A program made the translations under genes and the position numbers. A DNA stretch of 63,069 bases, the filler included, from Lenisia limosa (taxonomy: Eukaryota > Protista > Breviatea), in assembly GCA_001655205.1 (NCBI GenBank). It is 18 parts of 18 records of this genome, joined end to end, with 100 filler letters (N's around TTAATTAATTAA, not from the genome) between each part and the next. Parts side by side here need not be neighbours in the genome. Positions count along the whole stretch, not along the records: positions 42,241 to 46,868 come from LPNZ01002401.1; positions 46,969 to 52,325 come from LPNZ01000718.1; positions 52,426 to 56,014 come from LPNZ01000190.1; positions 56,115 to 60,228 come from LPNZ01002721.1; 14 more parts are not named here. One strand, written 5' to 3'. Shown here in pieces: positions 45,501 through 56,589 of the stretch; the stretch's first letter is position 1, and each line of letters begins with the position of its first letter. Below the pieces are notes generated by a model, which was given only the letters and a program-made list of their open reading frames with translations, searched no databases and had not been told where the DNA came from.

Positions 45501-46671
45501 TTGATAACGAAGACATTGTCAAGGCCAAAATGAGGATGATTGAGGTTAGCTAAATGTAAAAATGGGATATTTTGAAAGGTTACATATATCTGGCCAAAGC
45601 CGTCCACACCCGTACTTATTCACACAATCATTTGCCTCTCAACTGATGTTGGCCAAGAGAGTTCACCCCCTCTCTTCTCTTCAGATTTTTTGGTTCGTGA
45701 TTAGTACCTTTACGCCAATATTCTTCATCTAAATTCTTTCGGGCTCTTTTGTTTCATCAATTTTCCAATTATACCCCCCCCCTCCTCCAGAATCTCGCCG
45801 ACATCAAGGAGGCTGACAGCATTCTGAAGAAGATCGAAAAGTCCAAACACAACCACACAACTGCCGCTTATGAGGTCAGTGTTACATACGACATATATGG
45901 CTTAGTAGTAATGAATGGGAATTAAAAAGCTTCACTCAAGAGTTTAATCCGCTCCTCACCCTGCTTGCTTCCCCACCCAAAAATTGAAATATTTTTCTTC
46001 TTAACATGATCTTGTTTGGAGGCTTGACTTGTCGTCAGTGTACGTATACTATTACCAACCGAGATTGTTCACTGTTTCAATAATATGCATTTGAATATGC
46101 ACAGAATCAAAATTCCCCCTATGCAACCTTTGTTTTTTGGTTTCTTAAATTTTCCAATTTCACAACTCCCTCATTTCCCAGCGTCTCAACACCAACATCG
46201 AGGCTCTCGACCACTCGAGTGATGAGTACAAGATGATCGAAAAGTGGGGTGGGTGTATTGTATATGAGTGGGTAATATGTGGTGGTAATATAGAATCTAG
46301 GGAGAGTGGCTAAACCCTTTGGGATGGTTGGAAGGTTCACACGGGGGGAGGTATTATTCATTATATTTCTCTATATTTATATAATACTGCATTTACAGTG
46401 ACCGGGATAAGTCTTGACCGATTTCTATGTGACATACAGTGACCAGAATATGTAGTTTCCCAAGGAAAATAGGTCACGACTATCCTGGGTCTCTGTATTA
46501 TTGTGGTTGACTCTGTATTCAGCCCAACTAACCCACGGCATTTCACTGCTAACTACAGGCCATTCAGTGCATCAGCCTTCTGTGCTCACACTTCAGATAT
46601 CTGCAAAATACCCACGGCAGCACGCACCGCTGGTATAACATGAAGGTCAAGGAAGTCTTCAAAATCGAAAG
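42565..46671 (+). CDS. Poly(ADP-ribose) polymerase, PARP1/2/3-type (WGR + regulatory + start of catalytic domain); partial at both ends
   Basis: Exons give HMIWKHWGRVGASGQ, WEAKTKNKWANRDNFTPYT|GKYTPLDID, LDKPVANLVDMICNK, NYDIKKMPLGRLTKEHL, NEFYTLIPH|FGMRTPPLIDNEDIVKAKMRMIE|NLADIK, RLNTNIEALDHSSDEYKMIEK and YLQNTHGSTHRWYNMKVKEVFKIER. Confidence 0.93.
46396..46496. mobile_element. MITE family T, rearranged copy with a duplicated terminus
   Basis: TA|CAGTGACCGGGATAAGTCTTGACCG... then a second TACAGTGACC, ending GGTCTCTG|TA. Confidence 0.75.
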
Positions 46672-47175
46672 GTGAAACAATATCCTTGTCAATCAACATA
46701 TGCAATCTTTTTCATAGCATGGCATTTAAAAATGCAGTATTATAAGTTTTTAGGAGTTACTTCACTATGTTTGTTTTTATTATTAATTAGATAGTTCTTC
46801 GAACACACACAATTAGAAACATACTCTGGGATAATATTAAGTATATATATCTCCAATATATCTTAGACNNNNNNNNNNNNNNNNNNNNNNNNNNNNNNNN
46901 NNNNNNNNNNNNTTAATTAATTAANNNNNNNNNNNNNNNNNNNNNNNNNNNNNNNNNNNNNNNNNNNNATGAAAAGTCAGGTGGTAAAATAAGGAATCAG
47001 GGGAGAAATATTTCACATGATAAGACATTAATAAATAACAGTCATATTAATATCATACTGTATTAAAGGGAATATGCTTGACACATCATCGTGTTAATAC
47101 GTTATGTAGATTACCTCAGAGTGGTCAAAATAATATTATTATAATAAAAACAAAAAATATAACTACAAAACGAAC

Positions 47176-48971
47176 CTTGTTGACCAGATTGGGGACAAGG
47201 TCAGTTTGGAACACGTAGCCGAGAGGAATCCAGTTCAGGAACCGGAGGAGGGTAGACTACAGGGTGAGGGAATGGCACAAGAGGCCCGGCGGAATCCTGG
47301 CAAATTGCCTGCAGAATTTTAATCCAGCAGCGAAATCGGTCAGAGGTAGGGCTTCATCTTCGGTTCGAAAAAAGACTGAATTTCTCGAGAATCCTCGAAA
47401 ACTATCGATATTTCCCCCGGTATTTTTCGAAACAAAGTGAAGCCCTTGTTAGAAGTGGGAAACTCTGACCCCCCAGAAAACGCAATAATTACAAGCTCTA
47501 CAAATCTAAGGTAGGTTGACCAAAAATCGACCCCCTCCCCCTCCCTTCCTTCCCTCGCATTTCAAAAGACAACGCTCCGTTTCCTCAGCCCCTTGCTTAC
47601 GAGGGTAGCATTGACAAGGTTGGCGTTGGTGGAGTTGGTCAAAACAAACTGACACAACTCGAAGACCTAGAGGGTAAAGAGCAAAACATGGATTATATAT
47701 AATCTCATAACAAACCATTGAACATAATCATTAAGATTAAGCTCACCTGGCTGAAGTCCTTGTTGAAAGACATTTTCAGCTCCTTGATCTTGGAAGCAGT
47801 CATCTGTCCGGCAGAGAAAGTGAAGATCTCCTCACTACACTGTTAGCTTCCTTATTGAGACAACACAATAAGGGCAAACAATAACGCAGGATAAGACCAG
47901 GCTCCATAATTCTATAAATTGATAGCAACTTTTGGTTTGGTTATTCCCTTGGTCATGATTGTTTACAAAATGAACAAAATAAAATTTCTGAGTTCAACGA
48001 ATCCCAACTGGTGAAGCAGTTATTCACGCTTTCGCATCTACCTTCAGTGCTGCAACACAGTGAACATCAATTTAAACGACATCCCTTCGCATACGAAAGA
48101 AGCTGGAGGATGTGCATGTTGTTCTCACAGATGGTTTCAGAGGTCTTGGCAGATGACACGATCTCGGGAATGAAATTAGACCAGTTGTGAGGCCATTCGC
48201 GCTTGATAACCTAAAGGGGTGTTTAATGGAACCGAAAAAGCCTGAATTAAATCATAACCTTATGGAAGCGAGAAGAAGGAAGGAAGGAGGGTGAGAGGAA
48301 TGGGCAGCATGGTACAAAAACCTTACCTGGACGAGAGCTTCATTCATTTTCTCGGCAAGGAGCTTTTGAGGACGGTAAGTGGTCTCGTCATTGGAGATCT
48401 TCATGCAGTGGGTAATAAGGAAGTTCTTAAGGCCTTCCTTTTGGTCCTAAAATTGGTTATAATTGCAAACAAATTCTAGCAAGTCACCAAATTCCAATAA
48501 AAGCAACAACTAATGGGGAAAGAAGATAAAGTGAAAGCCCCTTTTCAAGATTTGATCATATTATAGCACTAAACTGACCTGAGGAAGAAGAATCCAGCGA
48601 GTTTTGACGAAATTTGAGAGGAAAGCTGAAAAAAACGGTTAGTGGTTCAACAAATAAATTAGCCCAAAAGAGTCCGCTTACTAAGTCCAATAAACTTAGA
48701 ATAAATACTGTTGCTGGTATCAAGTATAACAGTGACGCTCTTGTAAGCCTCAGGGTGATCTTGGAATTCTCCAATAACCTTTTGAGCCTCTGATCTCTGC
48801 GAATAAAGTTAAATTACAATATTAAGTCAGTAACACCCATCAAGCTTACCATTGGCTCTTGCCCTGTATACATACAAGTAACCAGTTCATCGAAAAAGGT
48901 GCAATCAAAGGGTTGCTGAAGAAGGCGATCCTATTGAGTAACAAATGCAGTCCTTTAGACGAACAAACCAT
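47176..48971 (-). CDS. XPO1: Exportin-1 (CRM1), N-terminal part; 3' partial
   Basis: M|[27 protein letters not shown]|[38 protein letters not shown]|[16 protein letters not shown]|[10 protein letters not shown]..|[39 protein letters not shown]|[12 protein letters not shown]..|VFELCQFVL..|[20 protein letters not shown]. Confidence 0.96.
47349..47445. mobile_element. MITE family A in an XPO1 intron
   Basis: TA|GGGCTTCATCTTCGGTTCG...CGAAACAAAGTGAAGCCC. Confidence 0.85.
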
Positions 48972-49450
48972 CTTGAAGCAAGAGAAAAGTTGTTTTCAGG
49001 GACCTATCTACTCTTTTCGCAACTTCTCCAATCTAATCTAAGAATAGAATTGTATATAACAAACACTAGCAATAAACTCTATCCTAAAAAGGCGAAAGCT
49101 TTTTCCAGAATAGCTCAAACTACTAGGGTAATCAAAACCAATCGGCTTTCATCCTATCACTTTGTTGGTCACCATGTTTTCACTTTGCACCCAATGTCAA
49201 CCCAATGTTCAGCTGGTCAACTTTCATTATTTACAGATTATTTAACAATTATTTAATAATTTGACAAAGATTCGAGGCCAGTTCGAGGCAATTGCATATA
49301 CTAATTCTTGATTAATTCTGGAATTCTGGAATTTTGTGCAATTTTGACAAGAATTTTGAAAGAACTCGGAAGGACCACGTTTCAATGCGTTTCAATTGAG
49401 AAATACAGAAATCAATAATTAAAAAAAATACAACACCAAAAAAAAAACAT

Positions 49451-52264
49451 TTAGATGAAGCCCATATCTCTCTTGTACTCTAGCTCCTCCTCGATTGTCA
49501 CCCTATCACGAAGCCAGTTGCCGCTGCTTTGGCGGGGTCGACGTCGGTTGCGACCATTGAAGATTTCTACGGGTTAAACTTGGGTAACTGTGTATGAATG
49601 TTGCTTTATTATAGAGTTGAGCTCGTTTTCTGTGTTTAACTGTTGAACGGACCATATGGTTATAGAGTGCATTCACTCACCATCAAGACTGCAGCTTGAT
49701 GACGAGTGTGCTGCGAAGATGCTGTCAGGGTCAATCTCATGTTGAGACGCCAGGGTTCGCTGGAAAGTCAGAAGACTCTGTCAAGGGTTCAGGTCAACAA
49801 GAAAAGCGACGGAAACCAAGGAGATAAGAAGGATGCTGTTAAGATGTAAGCATGCTCTCATGTCGGGGTTCCAAGACGGGGTGGGGGGAGTCTCACCTTT
49901 AAGGCGCTCTTCTTAGCCCAAGCCGGGATTTTCTTAGAATCCTCATCATCCTACAGTAAATCAAAATAAAGAATGGTATAATGTGAGACTTTAACATTTC
50001 ATTTCAATTCTCTTGAGCCAAGACCATGGGAATGTTTAATTACAATTCCATGCGCCTTACAGAAGAAGAAGATGTCAAGAAGTCTCCCGGGTCTTCATTA
50101 TCACTGAAATGTGAGTAACGAAACATATCATACCATCATAGACTAATAACATAGGTAAGATACCTTTATTCCTTCATTACGAGATTATATAACTATTATT
50201 CGGGAAGACATCACATACCCCTCTGTCATGTTGTAGTTGGAGGTTGTTGATGCATTGCTGCCGATGCTGTCTGACGGCTTCGCTATGGTCTCTTCCGCTT
50301 CATCCTCAGGAGTCTGCAAATGTCACATTACTTTCACCAATTAAGATCTTGGCTCAAGCATCAATCGAGATGACAGAGGTGAAGGCCGCCAAACCGTATT
50401 AGGCAGGCCGGTCTCGATGACAGTCGTAAACTCGGACGGGTCAGTGGTCTGCGGACTGGACGGCTCGGGCATTGGCGGCATGAAGGGGTCCGAGGTCTGG
50501 ATAGGGGTTTTGGAAGTGATGCATGTACGATGTGATGTGTCTTATTTATTACAGCTAAAATGAAATGAGGTGTGAGAATGTGAAATGAATGATTGGCATA
50601 AAAAGAGAGGAACTGTCTACGTTCTTCTATTATCATCTCATATTGTTAAAAAAGAATTCAAACATGAATAGGAGTCCGAATGCCTACCACCAGCGGCATG
50701 CTAAGACCGTGTTTGACAAGGGTACTTTGGGGGGCCAATTTCTGAGTAACTTCGAGAAGAGCCTGGAGGGGAGGCAAGTCAAATTAAAAGAAATGGGGGG
50801 GAAAGGGCAAAAGAAAAATAGGAATGGGTAAAATGAGAATTATAAACGGTTTGATATTAACTGATCAGAAGGAAACTTTTTCATACCTTTTTTACAGGGG
50901 CGATAGTCCTCTGTGGTTTGGCCATATCGGGCTTCGTCTTGGTGGCAGTCTTCTTGATGTCCTCCTGAAGTGTAACATTCGTGGGTTATTCGCATCTAGG
51001 ATATGTTGCCTGTACGATTCATTGAGAGAGTATGACATCTTTGTAGCCAAAAATGCATGTGTTAACAGCACACCTTAACCGTTTTCTTTGGTTTGATGCT
51101 GGGGTCCGGCTTGGCAATTGCAATGGTTTTGGGCTTGACTATTTTTGACACTGGTTTTTCAACAATCTATAGAGTGATAAGCTTGATTTTTGTATTTTAC
51201 ATCTTATACCATAAAATAAATATTTTCCCCTTTTTTTAAAGCCAATTTCACCTTGGTAGTTTTAGGTCTCACTGGGATGACCGGTTTGCCTGTCTTCAGC
51301 TTTCCTGTCTCCTTAGTCGCAGATTGGCCAGCCTAGAGAATTACAAGATTAAACAGTATTCCGCGGCTACCTTGGGGTCAGCTTTCGGCTTTTGGTCTTT
51401 GCCCAGAATGTGCATTTTACGACCCTCTTCTCGTTCACGCTGCTTTGCGAGTCTTTCTTCCTGGGCCTATTGGGTAAGGGGGAGAGGGTAATTCCTGTTG
51501 AGGCAGTCATCAAGAAACAGAAAATCAATCAAATGCAAAAACACAAAACAATTTAGAAACACTTTTGGTTACCTTCTTTCTGTCTTCTTGCCGCTTCTTT
51601 CTTTCCAGTAGCTCCTGCTCTTCTTTCACCCTTTTCGCCTTCAATCTATCTGCAGTAGCTTCTTCTGTCTTCTTCCTCCTCTCCTCTTCAAGCTGCTTCT
51701 TCTCTTCATCTTGTTTTTTCTTTAACAGTCTCTTCTCCTCAATCATCTTACGTTTCTTCTCGAGCTTCTTCTTCTCCTCATCCTGTGCCTGCTTTTTCAG
51801 CTCCTTTTCCTGACGCTCCTTCTCTAGTGCCAATTTGGCCTCCCTCTTGCTTTGTTCCAAGGCAGCCTTCTTGATTTCCTCCTCCCGCCGCCGTCTGTCT
51901 GCTGCCTCCTGCCGTTGCGCTGCCTCCTCGCGTCTGCGCAACGCATCGCTCTTGTCCACACGTACTATTCGCTTGCTGTCCTGCTGTGGGGGGGGGGGGG
52001 NNNNNNNNNNNNNNNNNNNNNNNNNNNNNNNNNNNNNNNNNNNNNNNNNNNNNNNNNNNNNNNNNNNNNNNNNNNNNNNNNNNNNNNNNNNNNNNNNNNN
52101 NNNNNNNNNNNNNNNNNNNNNNNNNNNNNNNNNNNNNNNNNNATGATTGACAGAACTCCTAAGTACCTTTTTGACAGCTGGCTTTGGCTCCACTTTTTTC
52201 TTGAGTGGCTTTTCCAACGCCTTCTGGTCAGGGGCAGTCGGAAGGGAGGACTTCGGGAAATGGG
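49451..52264 (-). CDS. INCENP: INCENP-like chromosomal passenger protein (long E/K/R single-alpha-helix region plus IN-box); 5' partial
   Basis: A charged helical exon lies at about 51570-51990. C-terminal exons give DDEDSKKIPAWAKKSALK|RTLASQHEIDPDSIFAAHSSSSCSLD|EIFNGRNRRRPRQSSGNWLRDRVTIEEELEYKRDMGFI*. This matches the Aurora-B-binding IN-box (IP.WA...L..Q...PD.IF...LEEIF..R.SS..W). Confidence 0.9.
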
Positions 52265-53088
52265 CTACAAAGGTGAGTTACAGAGCTGACCTCGTTGTGA
52301 ATATATACATGTACATATCCCCGATNNNNNNNNNNNNNNNNNNNNNNNNNNNNNNNNNNNNNNNNNNNNTTAATTAATTAANNNNNNNNNNNNNNNNNNN
52401 NNNNNNNNNNNNNNNNNNNNNNNNNCGGCATTATTTAAAGTAACGCATACAACAACAACAAAAGGTACCACGGAAACTATCAAAATGAACTACTCTGTTG
52501 CGTCAACTCTAAGTCGATCTAAATCATCAAAATCTTGTTGGGAATATGCTTCGTATAGGATATTCAGAATTTGAAAATTTGCTTATGAAGGCTTTTGTGC
52601 CCAATAAGATACTGTTGAGAACATGTTTGTACACATTAACATAAAAAAAGAAGAAAAATACGAATAAATGGGGTAATACTATACACAGAGCACATTCCCA
52701 CAATAAATGCCCTGAACTCACTTTTGTTAAAAAATCAGCTTACTCTGGGCTCGATCCAAGCTCCATTGAGTCATAGACAGAAGCATAACCCCTCGACTAT
52801 CTTAAAAAACAAGAGGGTTTCGTTAAAAGGGAACTGCTTCAGTAACCCAAGTTCAGTTCAGTTCAGCTCAAAAATATATGATATTAATTCAATGCTTCAA
52901 TCTTAAAGAGGGAATCAAGGCATACATTTTGGTAAAGTTTCCACAAATTTTAGTTAAAATTGGGACATTTTTGGTACTACTGTTCGCACTCAGGTGGGTG
53001 TTCGCACTCAGGGGGTACGACTTACATGTATATATAATTATATTAATACTATACTATCATCATATATTTTAAATAGAATAGCGCAGAC

Positions 53089-53222
53089 CTTGATAAGTGG
53101 TTCCTTATGAGTGGAGTCTGAAGATGAGGTGTTAAACTGGAGGGGTGGGACTGAAGGGCGGGTGGGTGATAAAGGAGCAGTAGCTGCCGGTGCTATAATG
53201 GTCAGGTTATCATCAATACCAC
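53089..53222 (-). CDS. Pro/Ser-rich exon of an unidentified host gene; the pogo element lies in its upstream intron
   Basis: CAG|GIDDNLTIIAPAATAPLSPTRPSVPPLQFNTSSSDSTHKEPLIK|GT. Confidence 0.5.
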
Positions 53223-53285
53223 CTGACATTTCGAGAAAAACACAATATTATTATTATCAAATATATGTATATGTATATTTATATA

Positions 53286-56013
53286 GGTGAGTGCAGACCG
53301 CGACCTGTAACATGACTGCGACCGCATTTTTGAAATTGCCTTTTTTTGATCAAAAATCAAAGAAAAATCGTTGAAAGAGCATTTCACTATTGGAAAGCTA
53401 TAATATCAAAAATTAGACAAAATCATTATTTTGGATAATGAAAAGTTCAGTTCATTTCCCTTTTCTCAAGATTTTTTTCAAGAGACCCCCTCTTTCAACT
53501 GATCAAAGCCAATTTTTATGTAAAATGGGAAGTGTCTGGATTGGTTCCTAGCAGCTATATCTATCATTCTATGCTTTTTATTTCTCTAAACAATGTCATA
53601 CTGCTGTGTTATAAAGGTGAACTTTTTACTAATCATCAAAAATAAATGTGCCGCTTTTCCAATAATTGAGCCGAAATATGAAAGAGTTGTGCCGGAATTT
53701 ACCATTCAGAGCGTTTTTGATCCGTTTTAGCGGATATTGAACGAGTTAAATCCTATTGCGACCAGCTTCAGTCAATACTGCCCGGTTTGTTAGGAAATAA
53801 TCGTCTATTCCACTCATATTTCACTGTTTTTAATCAAAAACTATCAGCATTTATAATTAAATTCACACTGATAAACGTGAAAATAGTGCGACCAATACAT
53901 TTTTTCAGCATTTGGGAAGGGGTAAAATTGGTGATATGAGTATAAAAGTGTTTTTGTTACCAGTCAACATTCATGACAATATTCTCTGACCAGCTTTAAG
54001 GTTCATACAATCATTTTTTTAGATTAAGTCCAAAGCTACTGTATCAAAGTACAAAAATGGTTATGTTAAAAAAAGCCAATGTGGGCAGGTAAAACTGCAT
54101 AAAAGTCTGGAACCCATCATGTTGGGCAAGTTATATGTAAGAATTCTTACCGGAGATGCCCCTGATTCTGAAGAAGTTTTAAAAATGGTTTGGATAACTG
54201 TTAATTGACGTTCAGGTTGAATCTATTATTTCAAACCATAAGGGCTGAGTTATCAAACTTTCAAGAATGTGGGTAGGTTCTTGGAACAATTTCCAATTTT
54301 GAAAAAAGGCGGTTTGTATAATTAGAAATAGACTAACGATGATAGAAGTCCAATTGTTTGGATAAATCGAGATCAATGGCGCATGATGCATCTAGATATA
54401 TGCAACATACCAATGCCCTTGCAAAAGTGATTAGTGAACAAAGACGCATCCAAAGTTGATTTATAATTGCGATGGAAGTTGAAATTTTACCAGGAAAAGT
54501 TATTACTTTGAAAGAAATGAAAAACGTCTACAAAATCACAACCAATGGAGGACAAGTCTCTCATATTACTTTGGCTGCGACAATAAGGTGGGAGTGGGTC
54601 GACTTTACTTCTGTTTGTAAGGCCTTTTCAATTTAGAGAACTGATGATTTAGTACCAATCTTGAAAGTGTGAAACCTGTGTTCCTTGTAGGTCAAAAAAC
54701 TATGAAAGCTCTTTTTGGAGGAACATGGAGCTCTTATGATTGAAGCGGCAAATGGCTGGGAGGTAAGCAATTGAGGATACTTACATTTGTATAGAACGTA
54801 GAGTCTTTCACAGAGTACATCTGTGGAACATTAATCCCTCAAGTCGAGGTTGATAGAGAGCGTCTTGGTCATCCAAAGACTGCAAGAGCTCTCCTCAAAT
54901 CTGATGGCCATTTGTCCAGGTATGCGCCTGCCGCTTTGGAGACTTTATTAGCCCATTTCATTGACCTTCCTTCCCATACTTCTCAATGCACCCAACCTTT
55001 AGATCTGGTGATCTTTGGCATTTTCAAAACAAGTTCGAACAGGAACCTCAAAAACCTCTCATTGAAAAATGTACCTGAAGGTGTCTCTGCTGCTGCTGCG
55101 GCTCGCTGTTAAGCAATCGCTGCAAGCCTTGAAGCACTTCATGTTGCGACATCAAAATCAAAAACCAAATCCGCATTTGCTCGTGGTGGAATCATTCTGA
55201 CTGAAAACCAGGTCATCGTGGATCTCTCTAAGTTTGCCCTTCATTTGCAAAATCCTGATCATGTATTTGATGCTCCTCTGTTGCCACCTCCACGCACCGC
55301 GCTCTACTCATGTGTTTTGAACACCGAGATCATAGAACTGGTGAAAGTTGACAAAAAAGTTCAGCGTCCTCAAATTGCCAAGGCTTGGGTGGACTTGGCT
55401 GCTATTCGAGATAAACTCACAGAACCTGAAACGGAATTCTATTATCAAAATCCTGATGTATTGCCTTGGGAAAATAACTCTGTCATCGGAAAGGACCCAA
55501 ACCTGGCCTTCGAAGTGCCAACTGGACCAAGGAAAAGCATTGTTCCCTGTTCGGAATTGGAATGGTATGAAAAACTACTTCTCGAAAAGAAAGAAGAAGT
55601 TGCAGAAAAAAGACGTATGTTTTAACTGTCGACAAATGATATCTTTCAGGTGTGGATGAACGTAGAACCCTTGGGGCAGCTGTAACAAAAAAGCAAATGC
55701 TACCGTTGCAAAGACAAAATGTTGGCTTACTTTAGTGAGTTTTTTAATACTTTAGCTAAGACCCCAGTCAAAAACACTGCCAAAACTAGAAAAAGGAAAG
55801 TGAGTCATCATTTTGCGTTGACTTTAACCCCGATATTTAGATGACTTTGAAGCCTTAATAGGCGACTTTAGTTGTTGTATTGTTTAAAATTTGAAAATAT
55901 GCATTTCTTTTTAGTACAAGAGCTGTGTTTGACAAAATGAGGGGTTATTTTTTTTGCAAATTTCAAAAAAGCGGTCGCAGTCATGTTACAGGTCGCGGTC
56001 ATGTGCACTCACC
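53286..56013 (+). mobile_element. pogo/DDE_1-type DNA transposon, 2728 bp, TIRs intact, transposase decayed
   Basis: The left end is TA|GGTGAGTGCAGACCGCGACCTGTAACATGACTGCGACCGCATTTTTGAAATT, and the right end is its near-exact inverse (about 55 bp). Transposase motifs are HPKLIYNCDGS (about 54447), SHITLAATI and ALLKSDGHLSR...LPSHTSQCTQPLDLVIFGIFK, with 32 residues between the 2nd and 3rd Asp as read. There are many stops and frameshifts. Confidence 0.9.
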
Positions 56014-56589
56014 ANNNNNNNNNNNNNNNNNNNNNNNNNNNNNNNNNNNNNNNNNNNNTTAATTAATTAANNNNNNNNNNNNNNNNNNNNNNNNNNNNNN
56101 NNNNNNNNNNNNNNGAATTGATACTGAATAATACCATACCATCCCCAAATATAAGGAAGCAAATTTACAGCAAATAAACTTCTCAAAGAGCATACTTGTT
56201 CCCATGTGAGAGCCGAAATTTTCTGATAAGTTCGTGTAGCAGCCGGTTCACATGGGAGTGATGGTACTGACCCCAACCTGAACCAGTAAATAAATCAATT
56301 GCAATATTTGATAAGTTAACAAAAGGCCAAAACTTACTTGAAATACATCAAAAACAACATACTATAGATACTAGTAAAAAGTATATCATATCGTATGATA
56401 TATGACATATCATATACATGTACTAAGTATAATAATATATACTATTTGGTAAATATATGTCAAAATGGTAAACGAAACTAAACCAACCAAAATGCGGAGA
56501 AGCGCACAGATGCATCGAGAAACCTGGATACATTTTGAAAGATCACGAAAAAGAAACCTGAAGATATTAAAAAAAACATGTCATAGATG

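Noticed and set aside
19269-52142. Internal N-gaps and the many ORF-track entries containing X
   Set aside because: These gaps mostly abut G/C homopolymers where short-read assembly fails, and ORFs running through N are artefacts. This also means G/C-run lengths are underestimated.
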